DNA of 26,036 nt, from the NCBI GenBank assembly GCA_964489675.1, contig CAZAZO010000002.1, forward strand, positions 1-26,036, written 5' to 3'. Below, piece after piece: positions 16,101 to 23,682 of this stretch. The stretch's first letter is position 1. Each line of letters starts with the position of its first letter. The stretch comes from Candidatus Woesearchaeota archaeon (lineage in GTDB: Archaea; Nanobdellota; Nanobdellia; Pacearchaeales; GW2011-AR1). The notes beneath the pieces are model-generated. The model searched no databases and was not told the origin of the DNA. It was given only the letters and a program-made list of their open reading frames with translations. The position numbers and the translations under genes were made by a program.

Positions 16101-19100
16101 TGCTTCCAATTATAATCTATCAGAAGAGATGAGCGGAAGAGAAAGAATAGTTTCTTTTTTCACGGGTTTGGGCGTTTATATTCCTGATGAAATATGCGAA
16201 ATGTTAAATTCCAATAATATATTGGGTGTTGAAAATTGTGAAGATACAGCAAATTTATTAACTCAAATTAGAAACGCTGCAACCCGCGGTGAGGTAGACC
16301 CTCAGCAGGTTGAGGATGCAGTTGCACAATTGGAAAAGAATTTGATGGATAAGAGTAGGGCTTACGAATTGTTGACTGGAGAAGTCTCACTTCAAGATAT
16401 GTTTCCAGACATGTTAAGTGGAGACTTATCAGATAGTCAAGCTCTCAAGGAAACTGCACAAATTGCAGTGGACACAACGTTGCAGATAGTCAAATCTAGT
16501 TTTCTGTCTTCTATGAACTCTTATGTTTCATCACTGTATTTGGATGTTGAGCAGCTGGTGTCCATAGATGATGCAGAGTATGACCCCATTGCAACAATGA
16601 AATTTTTAAGAGCAACAAACAACTTGCAAAAAGTTCAAAGTTTTAATTTATCAGATGCGGATTTTCAGTCTCAAATATTAACGCTTTACCTTAGAAGTAC
16701 GCTAATGAGGCTTTGCGACGATTATGAAAAGGTTCAATATGGCGACTTCGAAGTGTACAGGAGCCAATTACAGCCCTTAAATAGAGAAGATATCTCCTCT
16801 CCAGAAGAACAAGCAGAACAAGTATCTCAAAACATTGAGGATTATCAAGAAAATCAACAAGAGTATTCCCCATACGGAAACATATCTACCGGACTGAAAG
16901 GTTCTTTAATATATGGTCATGATATTTCAGAGGAACTCAAGGATACAGGCTTTAAAAGCCTAAGAGGGATGGACAGTACTGACAGGCTTGAGGCGCGCCT
17001 AAGGGTTCAAAGTGAACAGATATTTTCAAATGTATTTGAATACATGTTCCCTTTATCTGTTGAGATACAGCCGCTGAATCAGGAATTGACAGACCAGTCC
17101 GAAGAGCCAGTTTTGTCCGCAGAAACAACAACGGAGATAATAAACAGTTGGAATTCATTTTCTTTAGATAAATACAAGGGTTCTAATTTTTACCCACCCG
17201 GTGGAGATGGAGTTCAATATGATAATGACCCTAGAAATATTTCAATAAATTTGTCATATTTAAGGGCTATAGTTTCAGTAATTAGTAGACTCCAACAAGA
17301 CATAGAACAAAGTTTAGAGGCGGTTTTCAAAATAGTAAATACAGAAAGTTTATTAGAAGTAATAAGAGACTTTTATAATATAAATTTAGAAGCACTAAGG
17401 GAAGAAGCAGAACAGTTAGAACTTAGTCGGGGACAATTGATAAAAACTGACTTGATATCATCTGGCCAAACGATAACACTGGAACACCCAGTCGTAAATG
17501 ATGCAGGCACAAGTTTGATGTCTACCCTTATGACCGATAAGACCGTAAGTAGAAATTTTATAAGCAACCGCACAAAGATAAAGGACGCCTTTTTTCTCGG
17601 TTCAGAAGCCAATCCGGAGACTGAAATTTCATTATGCGAAGAAATACCAGAACAATATAAGGACTTTTTCTCAGAACAGGTCACTGACAATCCGCTGAGA
17701 AGAAAAGTGTTCAAAGAGCAACTCACTAGAATTGCAAAACATTACTATGATAATTACAAAACCGAAGGCTCTGAGGAGTTTGAAAACATCGGAGAGATAT
17801 CTTTACTTGACGAGGCAGAAAATGAGCAGTACCTAAACGTATTGGAGGGGGTTGTTGAGCAGATGATTTCCTATATGGGAACATCTAGAATGTTCACTGA
17901 TGAGGATTATATAGTTCGCTTAGATTCAAAGCTTAAAGCACGCCCTTATTTCCAACCTCAGGGTGATAACTATTGCATTGTAAATCCCATGGGGTCTTTC
18001 AATGAGGGCGCCATCAAATTTGATGAAATAATAGCTGATAGGTTCCCGAAAGAATATGCAAAAGAATTAGCAGATCCTGCAAACTCTATATATACGATAG
18101 ATTATTCAAAACCCGGCCCTTTCGAGAAAGCAATGATGACAACTGTGATATTGGGATATGTTAAAGTTGTGTGTTTGGAAGCTCTTCTTAAGGGAGCGGT
18201 AGCTTACAGTACTTGGGACGTAGACTTTATAACTCCAGATCCACTATTTAAGCAGTACATATATAAATTGGTAGAGAATGCTATAAATAAACAAGAAATA
18301 TTTCAAGAATATCCAACACTAGTAGACGATGCTTTTAGAAAAATTTCAGGTACAAATAATAGAATATCTGCAATAAGAAAAATTGTAGACACCGAGCTAG
18401 CAACGTCTATTTCGACACTATCAAAAGTTCTGTTTGAGAACAGCAACCAGCAAAATTATGTTCACTGGTTTTTAAACAGAATGTTTATAGTTGATGCACC
18501 ATGGAACAGAAGAGGCGACAATAGCGAGTGGATTTCGGAACTTTCAGAGGCTGACATAAATCAATACAGAAAGAACTCTTTCACATACATGGAGAGATAC
18601 GTAAGAACGAATGGTCAATTAAACGGAATCCTACCAAACCCAGAAGGGTTGGCGGAAACTCAAAAAGAAGCCTTGTTTGATTTTATTAGGTTTGAAGACT
18701 CAAACTATAGTCAAACATTCTTCGATAAATTACATACAGCTTCAGATCCTGAATTTATGGAAATTCCAATAGTACTAGACATCCCAACTCGACAACAAAC
18801 TGAAAATTTTGATATAGGAAACCAAGGAAATTTACTGGAACTAAGTTTAGATTTGCTAGATAATGATCAGTGGCCTGAAAAAGAATTATACTCCCTAGAA
18901 GACTTTAACCAATTGATGATATCAATATTTCAGAACAACCCTGGTGTACAAAAATATATCTTTCATTTACTTAAAAAATATTACGATGAGGCAGATCAGG
19001 GCTCGATTTGGCATGGAAAACCGAAAACACTGAGAAATAAGATGCCGATAAAGGCAATAAAAAGAAGAAGAGCACATTATAAATTTGAAAAAGAAGACTT

Positions 19101-22100
19101 GTTTTCAACTAGATTTGCAGAAGATTTTGAAGGTTTCCTTAATACCACGGCCGGCGGCGGGGCAATACCAAGAGATCAAGCTTCGAAAGAATTGCATAAT
19201 TATATTATGCCCGGCGCTGAACCCAATCGCTCCTCAGGTGACACGGGATTCAATGATTCGGATTACGATTATATAAGATTCGAGGATAGATATTATATAT
19301 CTTCAGTACCCGGGCATGAACTTTTTGACGAAACAGCACAAGATGAACAAAAGGGTATAAAACTTGATGTTCCGTACAGAGCCGGAGACGGCTTTAGTTC
19401 TCAGTCACCACCGCGCGGTATTACTGTCATGAAAGGTAATTCAAATCCTATTTCGCCATGGGAAGAAGGAGCATATAGTGGAGGCTCCGATCCATCAAAC
19501 CCAGTAGATAAAATAGAAGCAGTATTGGAACCATGGGTTGGCGAAAGGACAGGTTTAAATCCGGGAGCTGTGGTTTATGAAAATATAACAGGAAAAGTTT
19601 CAGAATCTCAATACCAAGCTTATACAGATTCCACCTCGGGAATATTGGAGGAAGAAATTTGGGATGAATATGTTATAGATTTAATCGGAGATGCATCACC
19701 TTTCTTTAATCAGCCAGGACATTCGAACTTTGACCCGGAGCAGGAAATATCTGTATCTCAAGCTGACAATATTTCGCGGTACCTCGATGATGCCTCTAAT
19801 ATAGAGCAATATTACCAAGGTAATAGATATGCAATAAAAAAAGGATTATTTTGTCCAGCAGATCAACCCGAACGCACCGGCGCCGTTTTTAATGCAGTTA
19901 TTCACCAAGACCGCGGTCACGATTCGGGGGATGTATGTGATTCGGGCCAGCCCAACAACGCCGGAGTAGCAGTATACATAAGTAGGGGCCCTGGATTTGA
20001 AAAACACATACAGGATACACCCGAGCGCAACATTTTCGTCGGTCAACATGCATTTTTTCGTAATGATGTTAAAGCTCGCTTTGATTCTTCGAAGGGTTGT
20101 TATGTTATAGATTCTAATTCAAAAATTCTCTTAGAACATAATGAATACAAAATACCGGTCAGAATACTAATAACGCAAGTAAAAAATTCATCTGGAAATA
20201 TAGATAAGGTGTTTGTTAGGTACCTGGTACCACAAGTTGTGACGTTTTCAGTTCAAAGTCAACGAGGCGGAGCCATATCCACTGCAGTGCTCGAAACTTC
20301 TAAGGGTTATGTACAATTTTATGAAGATATACTCGAAAAAGGTTTATCTGAGGGTAATCAGCGCGCAACGGCCTTCAGGGCAACTACCCTCCCCACCAAG
20401 ATTGAAGATGCTGAATATAAAACTGATAGAGGTCGAGAGATTTTTGCAGCAGCTCAATATCTCATGGGCGATGATAGTGCCTATGGAGTAGGTATGCACA
20501 ACCCAGTATTATATAGGGATAACTTCCAGAAGCTTCCAGGGCAGTCGTCACATGGTCCTAACTTTTTCTCTATTTCAAAACTGTGGTCTGTTGCTGCAGG
20601 AAACGAGGCATCTCAAGGAAAAGGCCATTTCGTATCAGATTCAGAATCATCATCGCACTCGGAATTTGACAAATTCTTCAAACATAATGTAGGAAAGCTT
20701 TTAAGAAAACCATCTGGACTGGTGCAGAGTATGGACAGCCTTGAGTCATCATTCCCTGTTACCCTAGACTCTCAAACAATGCCGGGAACACATGCACTAG
20801 ATTCGAATAATTTAAATTACGGTGAAACTCTCTTAAAAAGAAATTATATGTATCACAGGGCATCTCAGCATTCATTATATGAAATGGATGTTGAAAATAT
20901 GATAAAAACCGATAGACGTTCATCATTGGTGAGTATTGGCAATCTAGTAGGGTGGTTTTCTCAAAGGAGAATTGATGGTTTTTATGGCGCCACCTCAAAA
21001 GACTGTAAGGGCTCTTTTAATATTGAGGGGGTCATTGCACCTAGTGCCCCGCAAGGCACAAATGTTTCTATGGAAGTACTTAGGGATGAAGCTGCAGATT
21101 TTGACTGTGGTCCTTCATTATTTTACGGAGACGGTAGAACCACAATAGAGGCTTATATGTCCTCCTTATACTCTTATTTGTCTGAAGAACTCGGGGGAAA
21201 TTTGGACACGCCGGCTTCTGCTATCTTTTATAACAATTACTTCGAGGCATTTAGGGAGCAAAATATATATAAAATTTGCCCTAGTATTTTCAGGACACCT
21301 ATAGAGGCGCCAAGTGCTCAAGGACCAGGCCTTTGGCAAACTGAGAGGCCAGAGCAATCTGATAGGCCAAAAACTTTAACAAATCATAAAAGCGATATTC
21401 GAACTGGCCAAGTTTTGCTAAACTCAATCCAGAGGGATTTTTGCGAGCTAGCTCAATACGGGTCGTCTAACTCACGCATGTCTGCTTATCCTATTACCGC
21501 TATTGGACCCGAAGAGTATGTTCTTGGAAACGAGTCTGAGACTTATCAATTTTTTTCAAGTTTAAATTTAGCATCTCTACCACGCGGTAATATTGATTTT
21601 GCTTTTTATAATCCCAAAAGAATTAACGAGAGCAGCGGTCTCCCTGAGCCATTGTATGATCAAATCAAGACAGATGTTCAGATTGGTTCGCGAGCAGCGG
21701 GGGCCCCCGAAACGGTTCAAGAAAATATTGACATCTTTTTAGGTGAAATTAGAAATCTTCCAAATTTATCTAGTTATTATGCAAGAATAGAAGAAGAGAA
21801 ACAAAGATATCCAGAAATACTAGAAGCGGAAAGTGATAGATTCAACAGATCACTGCAGTGGGCCAGTAACTTAATATCAGAGCTTTATAGGATTATGGCA
21901 GGCCTTAACCCTGAAGCCATAGGATTATTGGAATCACTAGATGCTAAGCATGGTATGAGAATGAATGTTGTACTTGGGCAGGACAGTTCTGACTTTGAAA
22001 ATATGGCATCTTTACTCAATGACACGAGAACAGTTTTTAACAATCTCTGGGGACAATCAGAAGTTACAGAAGAGGAAAGAATAGGAAAGATACATTACAG

Positions 22101-23190
22101 AACCGGGCGTTCTGGGATAGAACAATTTGAGAATTACACTAGTGTGCCTATAGCTTTTCACGAAAGACCATTATTTTTACCAGACATCTGTCAGCCCGCT
22201 GAACTCACAAATTTCGTCGGATTACCAAAATTAATTCGCTCAAGAGACCAGGAGATGCTAGAGGCATTGTCGCAAGTACCAGAATTTAAAACCTTTTATG
22301 AATTTTGTATACCATACAGAAGAATGGCCTCTCTATTGACGGTACACAGCACTTCGATGCTGGCAGGATATAGTGATATGCCATCCATCTTAAGTTCCAC
22401 TAGGTCTTCTCTAGCTGGAGTTTTTAAAATAATGGCAGAAAGAAATGATTTTGATTCAAGATCACCAAAGGTATTTGGACCTAAATTTAATAATATTGAA
22501 ATAATGAATGCTATGAATTCAAGCTTTCCCGCCGGCGGAGAAAAATTAGATTGTTTTTCCCTACCGGGCACGGACGAGTGGTTTACAATGATAAAAGAAA
22601 TGATAGTGCAATTTATAAAATATTTTCCAGCTGTTATACTCCGAGGCCTCGCTGACCAAATGGATCCAATGTACAAGGAAATGAAAAGTCACTATTTTGC
22701 TTGCGAGATTCCATTTTTGAGCACACAGTCGCTGACTATGCGAAGCGGAAAAGATAAAATTGAATTTGGGCTAAAAGGTACGGAAAAGGGTAAAAAGAAA
22801 TATGCCCCTGTCTTTCCTAGTTTTCCAGTTGATTTGGGTATAGGCTTATCTAGGCTCTTTTCGAATGGAGACCTTTCTTATCTAGGTATTTCTGTTGATA
22901 AAATGATTTCTTACGCTATAGGAGGTCCAAGGCAATTGATAGATGCATCCTACGCTTTCCAAATTCCATGCCTAGAAGATGACAAATTTAACAGAACAGG
23001 AGACTTTAGAGGTTGGAGTAAATACAGAATTGGCAATCACGGCCGTTATGGTCATCCATTAACTCTGTTGGGCGGCCTAGCTTTAAGTACACGCCATCTA
23101 CCTAGAGACCTAGAGTATAGAAGTCAAGCTTGTCAGATACAAGCGAGAGCAGGCACTGCGCCACAAGTTTGTGATGATGACGAGGAATAA
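13132..23190 (+). CDS. Giant 3352-aa acidic protein of unknown function in the baseplate module, with a degenerate N-terminal peptidoglycan-binding-like domain
   Basis: Uninterrupted 10,059-nt ORF with AGGT SD. N-terminal GDSGRDIAAVKEALG...FDRSLKIRLMNYQ...GSIGEATIACL resembles the three-helix PG_binding_1 pattern with insertions. Confidence 0.75.
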   Translation: MPRLLEEIFIINSETGAQYIPFFRRYIGDSGRDIAAVKEALGEIYYIPQDQPSGSPEDNSIGESWFECASNTPVTQKKIKTFDRSLKIRLMNYQLQNQFVMLSYYFEKYGVRSVTDSESLDIQVQTAINFYDSEFGSIGEATIACLHGWRPNSIAYNHSFVTDGPIVIDQVPQMFKDLIEQEVISEPSEYKVMKIATNQSSDFSDIAEDFDRTTHSSKKLLNIVSDTPVVYPVYKPASYIGNIVDSELYAAAQQIMSTGIEMDIHELRANDRYRALSPMLEPDPLSDPDPFELGGGKLGFFDRTEFTLETLPNFTNTPAQLRILMEDNALHKVLKFYNKPLIWHLSKDLGPLDEVFFANEESEEKYLNIIKNEEHYRVTTRAAIAEYSLEETQYDAIYGEHLSAVNKQIPITFIEYRTPSLRPGDVYRSYFEIPHAVLNLINTGESDIDLRPSNANIGELNTETLSFMQQEVANMYCIENANSEEGARSKFEKYKAFAMKRKLEISRNMRDAATQASLGQEVNVDMGVAGILFDDFSLTGEDIVEASFEGISNIINRFASPQEKPDSIRMSVKLFDESIQALEKVFRSDKVAEDVKKFKISSSSGAPLNLILEADNLASFPNYLQNLAYSHTPLQAAAKAKNMTVSDLMKATSTLVQGTSYKIDFKGLQISQISVINITRGINEVIYRVDDKSYNNLRGAMALPRTVNYVRNINNILPLPPDNFLGYLEDFIGLTSTPCSDSSDDASLPAALILRYTINNSGNPVSFEFDFDYQNALHNWKENILQSEEITRLKDFYNDVTKNPFDLDGPAWGVDTILPEIGPTCDLKEIYRDVVSKKNMSKLLCNYLTCLKIPDVNVKIPKLMLPEFEDIPVFAFPGLKDLGRQILEAIEALFTRIVCAIVKNILDILSSPFCEDQMIRDLYGAAANNSSDVQRAFASAFLDVGIPSEKTTNVSEMLDDLINFLTPRELCALLNGDPVNAEVYSMIENLASNYNLSEEMSGRERIVSFFTGLGVYIPDEICEMLNSNNILGVENCEDTANLLTQIRNAATRGEVDPQQVEDAVAQLEKNLMDKSRAYELLTGEVSLQDMFPDMLSGDLSDSQALKETAQIAVDTTLQIVKSSFLSSMNSYVSSLYLDVEQLVSIDDAEYDPIATMKFLRATNNLQKVQSFNLSDADFQSQILTLYLRSTLMRLCDDYEKVQYGDFEVYRSQLQPLNREDISSPEEQAEQVSQNIEDYQENQQEYSPYGNISTGLKGSLIYGHDISEELKDTGFKSLRGMDSTDRLEARLRVQSEQIFSNVFEYMFPLSVEIQPLNQELTDQSEEPVLSAETTTEIINSWNSFSLDKYKGSNFYPPGGDGVQYDNDPRNISINLSYLRAIVSVISRLQQDIEQSLEAVFKIVNTESLLEVIRDFYNINLEALREEAEQLELSRGQLIKTDLISSGQTITLEHPVVNDAGTSLMSTLMTDKTVSRNFISNRTKIKDAFFLGSEANPETEISLCEEIPEQYKDFFSEQVTDNPLRRKVFKEQLTRIAKHYYDNYKTEGSEEFENIGEISLLDEAENEQYLNVLEGVVEQMISYMGTSRMFTDEDYIVRLDSKLKARPYFQPQGDNYCIVNPMGSFNEGAIKFDEIIADRFPKEYAKELADPANSIYTIDYSKPGPFEKAMMTTVILGYVKVVCLEALLKGAVAYSTWDVDFITPDPLFKQYIYKLVENAINKQEIFQEYPTLVDDAFRKISGTNNRISAIRKIVDTELATSISTLSKVLFENSNQQNYVHWFLNRMFIVDAPWNRRGDNSEWISELSEADINQYRKNSFTYMERYVRTNGQLNGILPNPEGLAETQKEALFDFIRFEDSNYSQTFFDKLHTASDPEFMEIPIVLDIPTRQQTENFDIGNQGNLLELSLDLLDNDQWPEKELYSLEDFNQLMISIFQNNPGVQKYIFHLLKKYYDEADQGSIWHGKPKTLRNKMPIKAIKRRRAHYKFEKEDLFSTRFAEDFEGFLNTTAGGGAIPRDQASKELHNYIMPGAEPNRSSGDTGFNDSDYDYIRFEDRYYISSVPGHELFDETAQDEQKGIKLDVPYRAGDGFSSQSPPRGITVMKGNSNPISPWEEGAYSGGSDPSNPVDKIEAVLEPWVGERTGLNPGAVVYENITGKVSESQYQAYTDSTSGILEEEIWDEYVIDLIGDASPFFNQPGHSNFDPEQEISVSQADNISRYLDDASNIEQYYQGNRYAIKKGLFCPADQPERTGAVFNAVIHQDRGHDSGDVCDSGQPNNAGVAVYISRGPGFEKHIQDTPERNIFVGQHAFFRNDVKARFDSSKGCYVIDSNSKILLEHNEYKIPVRILITQVKNSSGNIDKVFVRYLVPQVVTFSVQSQRGGAISTAVLETSKGYVQFYEDILEKGLSEGNQRATAFRATTLPTKIEDAEYKTDRGREIFAAAQYLMGDDSAYGVGMHNPVLYRDNFQKLPGQSSHGPNFFSISKLWSVAAGNEASQGKGHFVSDSESSSHSEFDKFFKHNVGKLLRKPSGLVQSMDSLESSFPVTLDSQTMPGTHALDSNNLNYGETLLKRNYMYHRASQHSLYEMDVENMIKTDRRSSLVSIGNLVGWFSQRRIDGFYGATSKDCKGSFNIEGVIAPSAPQGTNVSMEVLRDEAADFDCGPSLFYGDGRTTIEAYMSSLYSYLSEELGGNLDTPASAIFYNNYFEAFREQNIYKICPSIFRTPIEAPSAQGPGLWQTERPEQSDRPKTLTNHKSDIRTGQVLLNSIQRDFCELAQYGSSNSRMSAYPITAIGPEEYVLGNESETYQFFSSLNLASLPRGNIDFAFYNPKRINESSGLPEPLYDQIKTDVQIGSRAAGAPETVQENIDIFLGEIRNLPNLSSYYARIEEEKQRYPEILEAESDRFNRSLQWASNLISELYRIMAGLNPEAIGLLESLDAKHGMRMNVVLGQDSSDFENMASLLNDTRTVFNNLWGQSEVTEEERIGKIHYRTGRSGIEQFENYTSVPIAFHERPLFLPDICQPAELTNFVGLPKLIRSRDQEMLEALSQVPEFKTFYEFCIPYRRMASLLTVHSTSMLAGYSDMPSILSSTRSSLAGVFKIMAERNDFDSRSPKVFGPKFNNIEIMNAMNSSFPAGGEKLDCFSLPGTDEWFTMIKEMIVQFIKYFPAVILRGLADQMDPMYKEMKSHYFACEIPFLSTQSLTMRSGKDKIEFGLKGTEKGKKKYAPVFPSFPVDLGIGLSRLFSNGDLSYLGISVDKMISYAIGGPRQLIDASYAFQIPCLEDDKFNRTGDFRGWSKYRIGNHGRYGHPLTLLGGLALSTRHLPRDLEYRSQACQIQARAGTAPQVCDDDEE

Positions 23191-23200
23191 AATACAAGCA

Positions 23201-23208
23201 ACTATTTA
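23201..23208 (+). promoter_or_regulatory. Candidate late-promoter motif ACTATTTA upstream of the gp25-like gene
   Basis: Lies in the 42-nt intergenic gap and starts 32 nt before the ATG. Similar motifs precede other gene starts (23652, 10759, 4120). Confidence 0.4.
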
Positions 23209-23232
23209 GATTTAGTAAAGAGGTTTATTATA

Positions 23233-23625
23233 ATGTTTCAACCAAAATACCCGCTCGAATTGTCTGATGTCGATGGCGCATATAGGGGGATTAGAGACTT
23301 ACAGGAAAATGTAAAACAAAATGTAAGATTTCTCTTGCTGACATCTCCCGGTGAGTGGCCCGGGCGCCCAGAAATAGGTGTAGGTATAAAAAGGTTTTTG
23401 TTTTCAAATTATCCTTCACCAGAATTATTAAGTATCCATAAAACGATAAGAGAGCAATTTTCTAGATATATGCCATTCGTAGAAATAGAATCCGAATTGT
23501 TGGATAAAGATGCTAACGGTGTGAGTTTTATAGATAGGAATGAAATTAAATTAATTGTTAAATATAGGATACCCTCTTTGAAGATATCAGAATACATGGT
23601 TTTAAGCATGGGGGATACAGTATGA
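23233..23625 (+). CDS. Baseplate wedge protein, GPW/gp25 family
   Basis: 130 aa. ENVKQNVRFLLLTSPGEWPGRPEIGVGIKRFLF matches the gp25 pattern (QNxxxLLxTxxGERxxxPxFG) with substitutions, and IREQFSRYMPFV matches the IxxWxPxV-type helix. Lies directly before the gp6-like gene. Confidence 0.85.
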   Translation: MFQPKYPLELSDVDGAYRGIRDLQENVKQNVRFLLLTSPGEWPGRPEIGVGIKRFLFSNYPSPELLSIHKTIREQFSRYMPFVEIESELLDKDANGVSFIDRNEIKLIVKYRIPSLKISEYMVLSMGDTV

Positions 23626-23651
23626 GAAAACGGCTTATAATGGAACAGAGT

Positions 23652-23659
23652 ACTAATTA
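23652..23659 (+). promoter_or_regulatory. Candidate late-promoter motif ACTAATTA upstream of the gp6-like gene
   Basis: Lies in the 57-nt intergenic gap and starts 31 nt before the ATG; one mismatch to ACTATTTA. Confidence 0.4.
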
Positions 23660-23682
23660 TTTTTACAAGCGAGAAAATAACA

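Noticed and set aside
13132-23190. Giant ORF as tape measure protein, Rhs/YD toxin or intein-containing protein
   Set aside because: No Ala/Gly-rich periodic helical repeats, no YD/RHS repeats or DPxG cleavage motif, and no intein splice-junction or LAGLIDADG motifs were recognisable by eye.
23636-23641. TATAAT hexamer before the gp6-like gene as a sigma-70 promoter
   Set aside because: No TTGACA-like -35 at suitable spacing and no extended -10 TG. The hexamer is common in AT-rich DNA.
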